Below are positions 6,524 through 16,467 of a DNA stretch of 64,000 nt, one piece after another; position 1 is the first letter of the stretch; the number at the start of each line of letters is the position of its first letter. The stretch is from Pseudomonadota bacterium (lineage in GTDB: Bacteria; Pseudomonadota; Alphaproteobacteria; Caulobacterales; Caulobacteraceae), in contig JAEZEZ010000019.1 in NCBI GenBank assembly GCA_023432855.1, positions 2,988-66,987 of the forward strand, in the 5' to 3' direction. The position numbers and the translations under genes were made by a program. The notes beneath the pieces are model-generated. The model saw only the letters and a program-made list of their open reading frames with translations, was not told the origin of the DNA and did no database searches.

Positions 6524-8284
6524 TCAGGCCTTCGCCTTCTCGGCGGCGATCCAGGCTTCCACGTTCTGGCGCAGCTTGGCCAGGGGCACGACGCCCGAGC
6601 CCAGCACCACGGCATGGAAGCCCTTCAGGTCGAAGCGGTCGCCGAGCTCCCGCTGCGCCTGTTCGCGCAAGGCCATGATGAACAGCCCGCCGGAATCGTA
6701 GGAGGTCAGCTGGCCCGGCCAGACCGCGATGCGGTCGGCCATGTCCTTCGCGTCCTGGGCGGTGAAGCGCCCGGTCTCCAGCGCATAGGCCTCGGCCTGC
6801 TCGCTGGTCCAGCCGAAGAGGTGGATGCCCGGGTCCATGACCATGCCCCGCGCCGGCCACAGCCGTCGGGCGATCAGGGTGTGGTCGTTGTCGTAGAGCC
6901 CCAGCTCCTCGGACAGCATCTCGGAATAGCGCGCCCAGCCCTCGATGTAGGCGCCGTTGAAGCTGAGCTTGGAGATGTCGCTCTTGGGCAGGGCGGCCGA
7001 GGTCGCCAGCTGCATGTGGTGGCCGGGCCAGCCCTCATGCACGGCCGTGATGGCCGCCTGGGAGCGCCGTTCGCCGGCCACGTCGTCGAGGTTGATACGG
7101 TAGATGCCGGGCTTCGTCGGGTCGGTCGCGACCACATAGTGCGAGCTGACGCCCGAGCCGCGCATGAACTCCGGGAAGGGTTCGACGACCAGCGGCTGGC
7201 TGGGCACGGTCGCGAAGGCGCGCGGCATGGCCGCCTCGGCCCGGGCCACCACCGCGCGTGAGTAGGCCAGCAGCTCGGCCTCGTCCTTGAAGCGGTTGGC
7301 GGGGTCCTCGGCGATGCGCGCGACGATCGTGGGGAGGTCGGACGTCCCGAACGCCTTCTCGCCCAGGGCCTTCACCCGCTCCATATTGGCCGCCACCGTG
7401 CGCTGGCCGAGTTCGAAGACCTCGCGGCCCGAGCGGTCGAGCGTGGTGTAGCTGCGCAGGCTGGCGCGGTAGCAGGCCTCGCCGTTCGGGTGGGCGAGGA
7501 TCCCCAGGCTCTCGCGCGCGGCGGGCAGGTATTCGGCGACGAGGAAATCGCGGTATCGCTTCATCGCCGGGTTGATGCGGTTGGCGACCACCGCTCGCAT
7601 GGCGGCCTTGAAGGTCGGATCGTCGTCCCGCTCGGCCGGAGAGAGGAACGGCGACTTGTCCACCGGCTGGGCCAGCAGGGCGTCGAACTGCTTGATGACC
7701 CGAGCGACCACCGTCTTCGGCGCGGAATAGCCGGCGGCCAGGCCGCGGCGCAGGTTGGCGATCTCGTCGTCGACCACCTTGGGCATGGAGCCCCAGCGCC
7801 TCAGCGCCTCGCTCCGCGCCTCGGGCGTCCCGACAGCCTGCTTTGCGGCGATGTCGGCCATGCCGGTCTGCCAGCCGAAGTGGCTGACGTTCCACAGCTC
7901 GCCCCGGCACACGCGCGACCCGATGCTGGATTCCAGCTGCTCCTTCAGGATGGCGTAGTCGATCCCGTCGGCGGCGTTCAGGGTCGCTGGGTCGATCCGT
8001 TGCAGCCGCGCGTAGAGGCCGTCCTCCACCGCCTCGATGGCCGCGATCCCCGCAGCGCTGCGATCGGCGAAGCGGTCCTGGTAAGGCGCCTTCAGGCCGG
8101 TGAAATACTCGATCGTCGGGTCGTAGGCGAGGAAAGCCTGGATGGCGTCGCGACTGATGGCGGCGAGCGCCTCGGACCGCTGGGCCTGATCGGCAGGCGC
8201 TGACTGGGCCAGGGCGGCGGGCGCGAGCGGGCCCCACGCCATGGCGAAGATGGCCGCGGCGGTGACGGCGTGGCGCAGTTTCAT
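6524..8284 (-). CDS. DUF885 family secreted/lipoprotein (metallopeptidase-like HE..PGHH motif)
   Basis: The start at ATG 8282-8284 gives signal peptide MKLRHAVTAAAIFAMAWGPLAPAALAQ. The motif AVHEGWPGHHMQ is present. A paralog lies at 49504..51297. Confidence 0.85.
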   Translation of the reverse strand: MKLRHAVTAAAIFAMAWGPLAPAALAQSAPADQAQRSEALAAISRDAIQAFLAYDPTIEYFTGLKAPYQDRFADRSAAGIAAIEAVEDGLYARLQRIDPATLNAADGIDYAILKEQLESSIGSRVCRGELWNVSHFGWQTGMADIAAKQAVGTPEARSEALRRWGSMPKVVDDEIANLRRGLAAGYSAPKTVVARVIKQFDALLAQPVDKSPFLSPAERDDDPTFKAAMRAVVANRINPAMKRYRDFLVAEYLPAARESLGILAHPNGEACYRASLRSYTTLDRSGREVFELGQRTVAANMERVKALGEKAFGTSDLPTIVARIAEDPANRFKDEAELLAYSRAVVARAEAAMPRAFATVPSQPLVVEPFPEFMRGSGVSSHYVVATDPTKPGIYRINLDDVAGERRSQAAITAVHEGWPGHHMQLATSAALPKSDISKLSFNGAYIEGWARYSEMLSEELGLYDNDHTLIARRLWPARGMVMDPGIHLFGWTSEQAEAYALETGRFTAQDAKDMADRIAVWPGQLTSYDSGGLFIMALREQAQRELGDRFDLKGFHAVVLGSGVVPLAKLRQNVEAWIAAEKAKA

Positions 8285-8353
8285 GATCGGCCCCCTGACT
8301 GGTCGAGGCCGCACGGTCCGCCGTGCAGCCAGGGGCCGCAAGTTAATTGCAGT

Positions 8354-8569
8354 TCAGGCGATCAGCGGCAGCAGCTCGCCATGGCGCTGCTGGACGAGCA
8401 CGCGGGCTTCGCGGCCTTCCGCCTTCGACTTGGCGGCCAGGCGCAGGGCGGCCTCCTCGGCGTCGACGCGGTACTGGAAACGGCCCCAGCGGCGGTCGCC
8501 GGACAGCAGGCGCCAGCCGTCGGGAAAATGGACGATGGTGATATCGGACACGGACTCGGACTGCTTCAC
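8354..8569 (-). CDS. small hypothetical protein (71 aa)
   Basis: ORF MKQSESVSDITIVHFPDGWRLLSGDRRWGRFQYRVDAEEAALRLAAKSKAEGREARVLVQQRHGELLPLIA has a non-repetitive, protein-like composition. I recognise no family. Confidence 0.45.
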   Translation of the reverse strand: MKQSESVSDITIVHFPDGWRLLSGDRRWGRFQYRVDAEEAALRLAAKSKAEGREARVLVQQRHGELLPLIA

Positions 8570-8664
8570 TGGGCGCCCCCGGGGATGATCGGCGGCGGCG
8601 GGATAGTCCCGATTGATTGCGGAACGGCGACAGAACGGCGACAGCCAAGCTTCGTTCCAGGCAG

Positions 8665-8693
8665 CAAAAAAGCCGCGGCGGGACCCGCGGCTT
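8665..8693 (-). terminator. rho-independent terminator downstream of rpmJ
   Basis: The minus strand reads GAAGCCGCGGGTCCCGCCGCGGCTTTTTTG: a GC-rich stem (AGCCGCGG/CCGCGGCT) followed by a T6 run, about 40 nt after the rpmJ stop. Confidence 0.65.
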
Positions 8694-8731
8694 CCTGCGA
8701 ACTCGGCGGCGGCCCGGCGGGCCGCCGGACC

Positions 8732-8857
8732 TCAGCCCTGCTTCGCCTTGAAGCGCGGGTCGGTCTTGTTGATCACGTAGACGCGGCCCTTGCGGCGCAC
8801 GACCTTGCAGTCCCGGTGGCGGGACTTGAGCGACTTGAGCGAGCTGCGGACTTTCAT
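8732..8857 (-). CDS. rpmJ: 50S ribosomal protein L36
   Basis: It is absent from the ORF track because it is under 60 aa. Hand translation of the minus strand gives [41 protein letters not shown], 41 aa, the canonical L36 sequence. Confidence 0.92.
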   Translation of the reverse strand: MKVRSSLKSLKSRHRDCKVVRRKGRVYVINKTDPRFKAKQG

Positions 8858-9049
8858 CGTGATCGGGCCCTGAGAAAAACAAACGCCGCCCTTCGCCGTT
8901 CAGGCGCCGAGCGGTGCGAGCGCGGGGGTATATGCCGTGGAGCCCCGCAAAGTCAACGGGCTTCCCCATCCGGCCCGCCACGGCCGCGCTTAACCAATAT
9001 AGCAGCCTTGTGATTGAACGGTTCGCGCCGCGGTTGCTAGGCTCCCCGC

Positions 9050-10426
9050 ATGAAACTGCGTCTGTTCCTGATCGCCTGCCTGGGCGCCTGCGCCCCGACC
9101 GTGTCGGCCGTGACCCCTACCGTCACCGCCGAGGCGGACCTGCCGCCCGTGGGCGCAGCCGGCGGACTCGTGATGATCGCGGACACGCGACCCGTGGGTC
9201 AGACCACGCCCAGCCAGCCGGTGCCCTATTCCTCGATCGCCTCCCCCGGAGACGACGAGGCGAGGCTGAGGGCATGGCGCGCAGCCTTCATCCAGAAGGC
9301 CGTGGCGGCGGGCGTGAGCCGCCAGACGGCCGAGCGGGAGCTGGCCAACATCACCGTCGAGCGCGACGCCATCAGGCTGGACGGCTCGCAACCCGAGTTT
9401 TCGACCCCTGCCGGCCTCTACATCCAGCGCGACACGGGCGAGGCCACGGTCCAACGGGCGCGCGCCAAGATGCGCGAGCTGAGCTGGCTGCCCGAAATCG
9501 AGCAGCGCTACGGCGTGCCCGGGGAGATCATCGTCGGCATCTGGCGCCAGGAATCGGACCTCGGCGGCAACACCGGCTCCTTCGACGTCATCAACACGCT
9601 GGCCACGCTCTCGGCGCTCAGCGAGCGCGCCACGCCCGAGCGCACCGCCACCCGCCGCGCGGCGATGGAGGGCTATCTGATCGATGCGCTGAAGGCGATC
9701 GACGCGCGCAAGCTGACCCGCGCCGAACTGAAGGGATCCTGGGCCGGCGCCGTGGGTCAGGTGCAGTTCATGCCGACCCACATCCTGAACCTGGCCGTCG
9801 ACGGCGACCGGGACGGCAAGGTCGACGTCCGCGGCTCCGCCCGCGACGCGTTCCACTCCGCCGCCGCCCTGCTGCGTCGCGACGGATGGAAGCCAGGCCA
9901 GGGATGGCACCAGGAGGTGACGCTGCCGGCGAACTTCAACTACGACCTGGTCGAAGGGCCGAAGATGACGCCGGCCGAGTGGGAACGGCTCGGCGTGCGG
10001 CGGGTGGACGGCGGCCGCTGGTCCAGCGCCGACGCCGAAGCCCAGGCCGGCCTGATCCTGCCCGCCGGCGCGTCCGGGCCCGCCTACCTGGCGCTTCCGA
10101 ACCACTACGTCATCCGCAAGTACAATGGCTCGGTCGGCTCGCCGCACTACGCCATGACCGTCGGCATCATCGCCGACCGCATGCTGGGACGCCCCGGCCC
10201 GTCGAGGTCCTGGCCCGCCGAGAACCGCTTCTCGGTTGCGGAAATCACCGCGGCGCAACGGGCCCTGACCGCCCAGGGCTTTGACACCAATGGCGCGGAC
10301 GGCCGCATCGGTCCCGACACTCGCGCGGCGGTGAAGGCCTGGCAGAAAGCCAACGGCGTCACCCCCGACGGCTACCTCACCAGCGGCCTGATAGCCCGCA
10401 TCACCGGCCAGCAGCGCGGCGGGTAG
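9050..10426 (+). CDS. lytic murein transglycosylase (MltB/SLT_2-like) with C-terminal peptidoglycan-binding domain
   Basis: Signal peptide MKLRLFLIACLGACAPT. Catalytic-region motifs IVGIWRQESDLGG and GAVGQVQFMPT. C-terminal PG_binding_1-like segment AAQRALTAQGFDTNGADGRIGPDTRAAVKAWQKANGVTPDGYL. Confidence 0.85.
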   Translation: MKLRLFLIACLGACAPTVSAVTPTVTAEADLPPVGAAGGLVMIADTRPVGQTTPSQPVPYSSIASPGDDEARLRAWRAAFIQKAVAAGVSRQTAERELANITVERDAIRLDGSQPEFSTPAGLYIQRDTGEATVQRARAKMRELSWLPEIEQRYGVPGEIIVGIWRQESDLGGNTGSFDVINTLATLSALSERATPERTATRRAAMEGYLIDALKAIDARKLTRAELKGSWAGAVGQVQFMPTHILNLAVDGDRDGKVDVRGSARDAFHSAAALLRRDGWKPGQGWHQEVTLPANFNYDLVEGPKMTPAEWERLGVRRVDGGRWSSADAEAQAGLILPAGASGPAYLALPNHYVIRKYNGSVGSPHYAMTVGIIADRMLGRPGPSRSWPAENRFSVAEITAAQRALTAQGFDTNGADGRIGPDTRAAVKAWQKANGVTPDGYLTSGLIARITGQQRGG

Positions 10427-10430
10427 CGGA

Positions 10431-11699
10431 TCAGACAGGGGTCGGGGGCGCGGGGCCCTCGAGCTCCACAGCCGTGACGCCCGCCGACTTCAGGGTGCGG
10501 TCCCAGAAGGCGTAACCCAGCATGAGGGCGATCAGCCCTAGGTTCATCAGGAACGGCGCGGGGCCCTTCCACTCGTAGAGCGCGACCCCGATCACCGGCG
10601 CCGCGAGCCAGCCCGCCCCGTTGACCGCGGCCACCGCGCCGGCCACCGCCCCCTGCTCGCTGCCCTTGGCCGCGAGCGAGGCGCCCGCCGTGAAGCCCGG
10701 CCGGGCGAAGCCGAAGCCGAGGCTGAGCAGCGAGAAGCCGATGACGATCGAGAAATAGCCCGGCGCGAATACCAGCAGCAGGTTGCCCGCCGCAGCCGTG
10801 GCGGCGCCGAGGCGCAGAAGCTCCTTCGGGCCCAGATCGAGAATCCGGATGAGGCCCCACTGCGCAATCAGGGCTGCCGCCGCGCCGGCGAACATGGCGA
10901 TGCCGATGAAGGCCTGGGCCTGGGCAGGGCTCTGACCGAGCGCGTCGATGACGTGGAAGCCCAAGACCTGGGTATTCACCGCCTGGGCGCTGCCCATCAG
11001 GAAGCCGTAGACCAGGAAAGGCATGAAGCGCGGATCGAACCAGACGCCCCGCGCCGGCGCCATGGCCTTGGTCGGCCGCGCCCCTTCGGGGGTCAGCGGA
11101 ATGTCACCGGACGGCAGCCTGCGCCAGATCAGGTACATCACCACCGCGCCGATCACGGCGAAGGCGAACATCGGCCCGGCCAGGCCCACGCCGGGGAGCA
11201 CGAAGAAGGGCGCAAGCGCCGGGCCTACGATGGTCCCGAGGCCAAAGGCGGAGGCCAGCAGCGCCAGGGACGCAGTGCGCTCCTTCCGGTCGGTGCGGTC
11301 GGCGACATAGGCCTGGGCGGCGGGATTGGCGGCGGCGCCGATCAGGCCGTAGATCGCCCGCGCCACGGCCATGCCTGCGAGGATGGCCACCGGCGCCGCG
11401 AGATGCGCGAGGCCCGCAAGCACGACAAGGCCGAACAGCAGCATCGACGCGGTGAAGCCGGCAAGCCCCAGCAGCATCATCGCCTTGCGTCCGCGCTTGT
11501 CGGACTGAGCGGCCCAGAATGGCGACGTGAGCGTCCAAAACAGCGCCGAGAGCGAGAACACCGACGCGATGAGGGTGTCCGACACGCCGATCTCGCGCCC
11601 GATGGCCGGCATCACCGTGATCAGCGCATTGCCCCCCGCCGCCGTCGTCATCAGGGCGGCGAAGACCAGGACGAACGGCAAGTTTCCCGGCTTGCGCAT
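10431..11699 (-). CDS. MFS transporter
   Basis: The start at ATG 11697-11699 gives MRKPGNLPFVLVFAALMTTAAGGN. There are about 12 hydrophobic segments and an MFS loop motif SDKRGRKAMM. The upstream part of the track ORF is junk. Confidence 0.8.
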   Translation of the reverse strand: MRKPGNLPFVLVFAALMTTAAGGNALITVMPAIGREIGVSDTLIASVFSLSALFWTLTSPFWAAQSDKRGRKAMMLLGLAGFTASMLLFGLVVLAGLAHLAAPVAILAGMAVARAIYGLIGAAANPAAQAYVADRTDRKERTASLALLASAFGLGTIVGPALAPFFVLPGVGLAGPMFAFAVIGAVVMYLIWRRLPSGDIPLTPEGARPTKAMAPARGVWFDPRFMPFLVYGFLMGSAQAVNTQVLGFHVIDALGQSPAQAQAFIGIAMFAGAAAALIAQWGLIRILDLGPKELLRLGAATAAAGNLLLVFAPGYFSIVIGFSLLSLGFGFARPGFTAGASLAAKGSEQGAVAGAVAAVNGAGWLAAPVIGVALYEWKGPAPFLMNLGLIALMLGYAFWDRTLKSAGVTAVELEGPAPPTPV

Positions 11700-11748
11700 G
11701 GGCGGCTCGCCCCTCCCTTGAGGGCCGGGTCCCGACCGGTCATGGTGC

Positions 11749-13104
11749 ATGCTTTCAGCAGGGGCGACGGGCATGCGATCCATCATGCGGACGGCGGGTT
11801 CGACGGTTGCGGGACTTGCGGCTCTGGCGACGGCGATGGCCGCGCCATCGGCATACGCCCTCGAACCGGCCCAGGTCGAGAGCGTTCGCAGCGCCGCCGC
11901 CGCGATGCAGCCCAAAGTCGTCGCCTGGCGCCGCGACATCCACGCCCACCCCGAACTGGCCAATCGCGAGAAGCGGACAGCCACGATGGTGGCCAAACAC
12001 CTTCAGAGCCTCGGGATGGAGGTGGAGACCGGGGTCGCCCACACCGGGGTCATCGGCGTGCTTAAGGGCGGCAAGCCCGGGGGCGTCATCGCCCTGCGCG
12101 CCGACATGGACGGCCTGCCGGTTCAGGAGCAGACCGGCCTGCCTTTCGCCAGCCGGGTCACCACGACCTACAACGGCCAGACCGTCCACGTGGCCCACGC
12201 CTGCGGCCACGACAGCCATGTGGCGATGCTGATGGGCGCAGCCGAAATCCTCGCCGGCATGCGTGCGGAAATCCCCGGCACGATCGTCTTCATCTTCCAG
12301 CCGGCGGAAGAAGGCGCCCCGGTCGAGGAGGACGGTGGGGCGCGGTTGATGGTCAGGCAGGGCGTGCTCGACAGGTACAAGCCCTCCGCCATCTTCGGCA
12401 TTCACTCGCTCAAGGGAGAAGCCGGAACCCTGCAGTACCGACCCGGTTCCCTGATGGCGGCCGCCGACGAAATCCACATCAAGCTGAAGGGCAAGCAGAC
12501 CCACGGCGCCTGGCCATGGCAGGGGATCGATCTGGTGGGCGTCGGCGCCCAGATCGTCCAGGCTCTGCACAGCGTCGCCGCGCGGCAGATGGACGTGCGC
12601 ATGCCCCTGGTGCTGACCATCGCGACCTTCAACGCCGGCGTCCGTTACAACATCATTCCCGAGGAGGGGGAGCTCTCCGGGACCCTGCGCACATTCGACC
12701 CCGCGCAGCGGACAGAGGTAAAGCGCCGCATCGAAAGGACATCGAAGGACATCGCAGCCAGCTGGGGCGCCACCGCCGAGGTCTCGTTCGTGGAGTCCGG
12801 GCCGGTCACCCGCAACGATCCCGAGCTCTCGTCCCAGGTCTTCGACAGCCTGGTGCTGGCGGCCGGGCGCGACAAGGTCTCGAACGACATCCTGCCCACC
12901 ACTGTCGCCGAGGACTTCTCGTACTTTCAGGAGAAGATCCCTGGGGTGTTCGTGTTTCTCGGCGTCACCCCGCCGGGGATCGACCAGGCGGACGCCCCGC
13001 CGAACCATTCACCCCAGTTCGACGTCTGGGAGCCGGCGATGGAGGTCGGGGTCAGAGCACACGTCTTCGCCGCGCTGCGCTACCTCGCGGGTGAAGGTCG
13101 CTGA
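11749..13104 (+). CDS. M20D family amidohydrolase (hippurate hydrolase/aminoacylase-like), secreted
   Basis: WRRDIHAHPELANREKRTA, HACGHDSH, FIFQPAEEG, GKQTHGA and NHSPQFD are typical M20D motifs. A signal-like N-terminus is present. The start could instead be ATG 11773. Confidence 0.85.
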   Translation: MLSAGATGMRSIMRTAGSTVAGLAALATAMAAPSAYALEPAQVESVRSAAAAMQPKVVAWRRDIHAHPELANREKRTATMVAKHLQSLGMEVETGVAHTGVIGVLKGGKPGGVIALRADMDGLPVQEQTGLPFASRVTTTYNGQTVHVAHACGHDSHVAMLMGAAEILAGMRAEIPGTIVFIFQPAEEGAPVEEDGGARLMVRQGVLDRYKPSAIFGIHSLKGEAGTLQYRPGSLMAAADEIHIKLKGKQTHGAWPWQGIDLVGVGAQIVQALHSVAARQMDVRMPLVLTIATFNAGVRYNIIPEEGELSGTLRTFDPAQRTEVKRRIERTSKDIAASWGATAEVSFVESGPVTRNDPELSSQVFDSLVLAAGRDKVSNDILPTTVAEDFSYFQEKIPGVFVFLGVTPPGIDQADAPPNHSPQFDVWEPAMEVGVRAHVFAALRYLAGEGR

Positions 13105-13193
13105 ACCCAAACGCCTTCGCGAAGGCAACTCCGCCTTAAGCATTCGTCGTCCATGCTCCGCTCGACTAACCATCGAGCGGGCGGGCTCCTTTC

Positions 13194-14069
13194 ATGTTCC
13201 AGATCATCGGCATCGTGGTGCTCTTCGCCATGGTGTTCGGCAGCTACATCATGGCCGGCGGCAATATGGGCGTGATCACCCATGCCCTGCCGCACGAGAT
13301 GATGGCCATCGGCGGCGCAGCCATCGCCGCCTTCCTGATCGGCAACAAGGTCTCCACGATCAAGGCGACCGCGGGCTGCTTCGGCAAGGTGTTCGGCGGC
13401 CCCAAGTGGAAAGCATCGGATTACCGCGACCTGCTGACCCTGCTGTTCCTGCTGACCAAGACTATGAAGTCCAAGGGCGTCATCGCCCTCGAAAGCCACA
13501 TCGAGAACCCGCACGACTCAACGATCTTCAATCGCTTTCCGAAGATCATGAAGGATCACTTCGCCATCGACTTCATCTGCGACACGCTGCGGATGATGAC
13601 CATGAACCTGGAGGACCCGCACCAGGTCGAGGACGCGATGGAGAAGCAGCTGGAGAAGCACCATCACGAAGCGCTTGCGCCTGCCCACGCGCTCCAGAGC
13701 ATGGCGGACGCCCTGCCCGCGCTGGGCATCGTCGCCGCCGTGCTGGGCGTCATCAAGACGATGGGCTCGATCACCGAGCCGCCGGAGGTGCTGGGCGGCA
13801 TGATCGGCGGCGCTCTCGTGGGCACCTTCCTCGGCGTCTTCCTCGCCTATGGCCTCGTCGGCCCGATGTCGACCCGCCTGAAGGAGGTGGTCGACGAAGA
13901 GGGGCAATTCTACAAGATCATTCAGTCGGTCCTGGTCGCCCACCTTCACGGCAACGCGGCTCAGATCTCCGTCGAGATCGGACGGGGCAACATCCCGTCC
14001 CCGGCCCAGCCGAGCTTCCTGGAGCTGGAAGAAGCGCTCAACAGCACGCCCACGGAAGCGGCCGCATAG
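13194..14069 (+). CDS. motA: flagellar motor stator protein MotA
   Basis: MFQIIGIVVLFAMVFGSYIMAGGNMGVI and ALPALGIVAAVLGVIKTMGS are the conserved MotA proton-channel segments. No motB gene is adjacent. Confidence 0.9.
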   Translation: MFQIIGIVVLFAMVFGSYIMAGGNMGVITHALPHEMMAIGGAAIAAFLIGNKVSTIKATAGCFGKVFGGPKWKASDYRDLLTLLFLLTKTMKSKGVIALESHIENPHDSTIFNRFPKIMKDHFAIDFICDTLRMMTMNLEDPHQVEDAMEKQLEKHHHEALAPAHALQSMADALPALGIVAAVLGVIKTMGSITEPPEVLGGMIGGALVGTFLGVFLAYGLVGPMSTRLKEVVDEEGQFYKIIQSVLVAHLHGNAAQISVEIGRGNIPSPAQPSFLELEEALNSTPTEAAA

Positions 14070-14316
14070 ATCACGAAGCTTGACCCTTGCTTCCGACTTT
14101 GGCCGCCGCTTCCGATCCGTGGCGCCTTCGCTAGCCTCGTTTACTGCTGCCTCATGGGTACGCCAGAACCGTATCCAGGCAGGGCTTTCACGCCCTTGCC
14201 CGCGATCACGAAGCCGTGAAATGACCTCTTGCGGCGGAGATCAAAAACGCGTTATCTCCGCGTGAAGCCGGAGATTCCCTTTCCGGTCTTCGTCCCTCTA
14301 GAAGGACCTGGGAAAC

Positions 14317-14580
14317 ATGATCCGCAAAATCCTCGTCGCCTCCGTGGCGATCGCCGCTCTGTCGGTCGCCGCCTGCCAGAAGAAAGAAGAAACCGCCGCC
14401 GAGCCGGCCGCTGAAGCCGCCGCCGCCGCTGACACGGCTGCCGACGCCGCCGCGACCGCCACGGAAGCCGCTGGCGATGCCGCCGCCGCCGCTGGCGAAG
14501 CTGCTGAAGCCGCTCCGGCCGACGCCGCTGCTCCGGCCGAAGGCGAAGCTGCTCCGGCCGAAACGGCTCCGGCTCAGTAA
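14317..14580 (+). CDS. small Ala/Glu/Pro-rich low-complexity lipoprotein
   Basis: MIRKILVASVAIAALSVAAC has a lipobox Cys and is followed by an acidic Ala-rich tail. A strong terminator follows the gene. Confidence 0.6.
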   Translation: MIRKILVASVAIAALSVAACQKKEETAAEPAAEAAAAADTAADAAATATEAAGDAAAAAGEAAEAAPADAAAPAEGEAAPAETAPAQ

Positions 14581-14609
14581 TCTCGCTTCCCTTCGGGGAT
14601 ACGAGTTGG

Positions 14610-14638
14610 AGGGCCGCTCTTCGGAGCGGCCCTTTTTC
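14610..14638 (+). terminator. rho-independent terminator
   Basis: GGGCCGCTC ttcg GAGCGGCCC followed by TTTTT (stem 14611-14619 / 14624-14632). Confidence 0.75.
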
Positions 14639-14661
14639 GTTGGCTGCTGTATGTCCGGCCC

Positions 14662-16419
14662 ATGACAGACGACGCTGACCCCTGCCTGGACTGGACGGAG
14701 AACCGCGCCCCCGTCTCAAGGCGGTTCGGTGATGTCTACTTCTCGGCTGAGGACGGGCTGGCGGAAACCCGCGCCGTATTCCTGGACGGCTGTGGATTGC
14801 CGGGAGCGTGGATCGGTCGATCCCATTTCGTGGTGGCCGAACTCGGGTTCGGCTCTGGCCTCAACATAGCCGCGCTGCTGGACCTCTGGAGGAGCAGCCG
14901 CCCCTCGAACGGACGGCTCCACGTCTTCACCGTCGAAGCGTTTCCGATGTCTGCGCCAGAGGCGTCGCGCGCCCTGTCCGCGTGGCCTGAACTGGGCGAG
15001 GCGGCCAGAGCCCTCACCGAGGCGTGGCCCTCCCGCACGCCCGGGTTCCACCGCCTCGACCTGCCTGCTTTCGGCGCCGTGATCGACGTGGCCGTCATGG
15101 ACGTGGTTGAAGCCCTGTCAGCCTGGAGCGGGCGCGCCGATGCCTGGTTCCTCGATGGCTTCTCGCCCGCGAAGAACCCTCGCATGTGGAGCGACGAAGT
15201 TCTGGCGCTGGTGCGAAGCCGCTCGGCGCCGGGCGCCCGTGCGGCCACTTTCACGGTCGCGGGTGCGGTGAGACGGGGCCTCGAAGCCCAGGGCTTCACG
15301 GTCGCCAAGAAGCCCGGACATGGTCGCAAGCGCGAAAGGCTGGAGGCGGCGTTACCGGGATCGAGGACCCACGCGCGCGAACCGCGGGTCGCCATAGTCG
15401 GCGCGGGGATCGCCGGAGCCAGCCTCGCGCGTGCGTTGCTTGCCGAGGGGCTTAGGCCTGTCGTGGTCGAGTGCAGGACGCCCGGCGCAGGGGCCTCTGG
15501 CAATCCCGCCGCGCTGGTGACGCCTCGCTTCGATGTCGGTCCCGGGCCGGAAGGCGCCTTCTTCGCTCAGGCGTTCGAACGCGCCATTGCTCTGTACGAA
15601 GCGGCGCCGAACGTCGTCCTGGAGCGGGGAGCCCTCCAGCTCGAGGCAAGCCCACGCGACGCCCGCAGATTCGACGCGATCGCCGGTCAATCGATCTGGC
15701 CGTCCGGGGCGATGAACCGCGTGTCTCCAAGCGACGCAGATGAACTGCTGGGTGACGTTGCAGGACGCGGCGGCCTGTTCATCCGGGATGGACTGACCAT
15801 CTCGCCAGCCGACGTATTGGATCGCTTCCTCGGCGGGTGCGACCTGCGCGCCGGCAGGGTGGAGAGCCTTGAGCGCGGTGAAGGGTGCTGGCGTCTGCTC
15901 GACCCGGATGGTCGTGAACTCGCCGAGGCGGAGGTTGTCTGCCTTGCCGCTGGCTGGGGCCTGTCATCCCTGCGGCCGGATCTTCCATTGTCGCCAGCGC
16001 GGGGCCAGGTCAGCTGGATCGATGGCCGTGCAGCCCGCGCAGCAGCCTGGGGCGGCTACGTGGTGCCCACCCGGTCAGGAGTCCTGTTCGGCTCCACATT
16101 CGATCGAGGGGACAGCAATACGGAGGTCCGGCCCCACGACCACGACCGGAATCTCGCGACCCTGTCTCTCGTTCGCGGCGCCTTGGCCGCTGAACTGGCC
16201 GACCGCCCATGGAGGGGTCGCGCCTGCATCCGGGCGACGACCCGCGACCATCTGCCGGTCGCGGGCCAGCTGGAGGCTGGGCTGTGGGTGCTGGGGGGCC
16301 TCGGTTCTCGCGGGTTCACGACCGGGCCTCTTCTGGCCGAGCATCTGGCGGCGTACATACTCGGGCTGCCTTCGCCGTTACCCCAGCCGATCGCGAGCCG
16401 GCTGCAACCACATCGCTGA
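14662..16419 (+). CDS. mnmC: bifunctional tRNA (mnm5s2U34) methyltransferase / FAD-dependent cmnm5s2U34 oxidoreductase
   Basis: N-terminal DUF752-type methyltransferase region (LDWTENRAPVSRRFGDVYFS, ELGFGSGLN, DAWFLDGFSP) followed by a DAO domain (VAIVGAGIAGASLA). Confidence 0.85.
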   Translation: MTDDADPCLDWTENRAPVSRRFGDVYFSAEDGLAETRAVFLDGCGLPGAWIGRSHFVVAELGFGSGLNIAALLDLWRSSRPSNGRLHVFTVEAFPMSAPEASRALSAWPELGEAARALTEAWPSRTPGFHRLDLPAFGAVIDVAVMDVVEALSAWSGRADAWFLDGFSPAKNPRMWSDEVLALVRSRSAPGARAATFTVAGAVRRGLEAQGFTVAKKPGHGRKRERLEAALPGSRTHAREPRVAIVGAGIAGASLARALLAEGLRPVVVECRTPGAGASGNPAALVTPRFDVGPGPEGAFFAQAFERAIALYEAAPNVVLERGALQLEASPRDARRFDAIAGQSIWPSGAMNRVSPSDADELLGDVAGRGGLFIRDGLTISPADVLDRFLGGCDLRAGRVESLERGEGCWRLLDPDGRELAEAEVVCLAAGWGLSSLRPDLPLSPARGQVSWIDGRAARAAAWGGYVVPTRSGVLFGSTFDRGDSNTEVRPHDHDRNLATLSLVRGALAAELADRPWRGRACIRATTRDHLPVAGQLEAGLWVLGGLGSRGFTTGPLLAEHLAAYILGLPSPLPQPIASRLQPHR

Positions 16420-16467
16420 CCCGGAGGTTCGGGATCCTGCAAGCCGGGTCTCCACGGAGATGATGAA

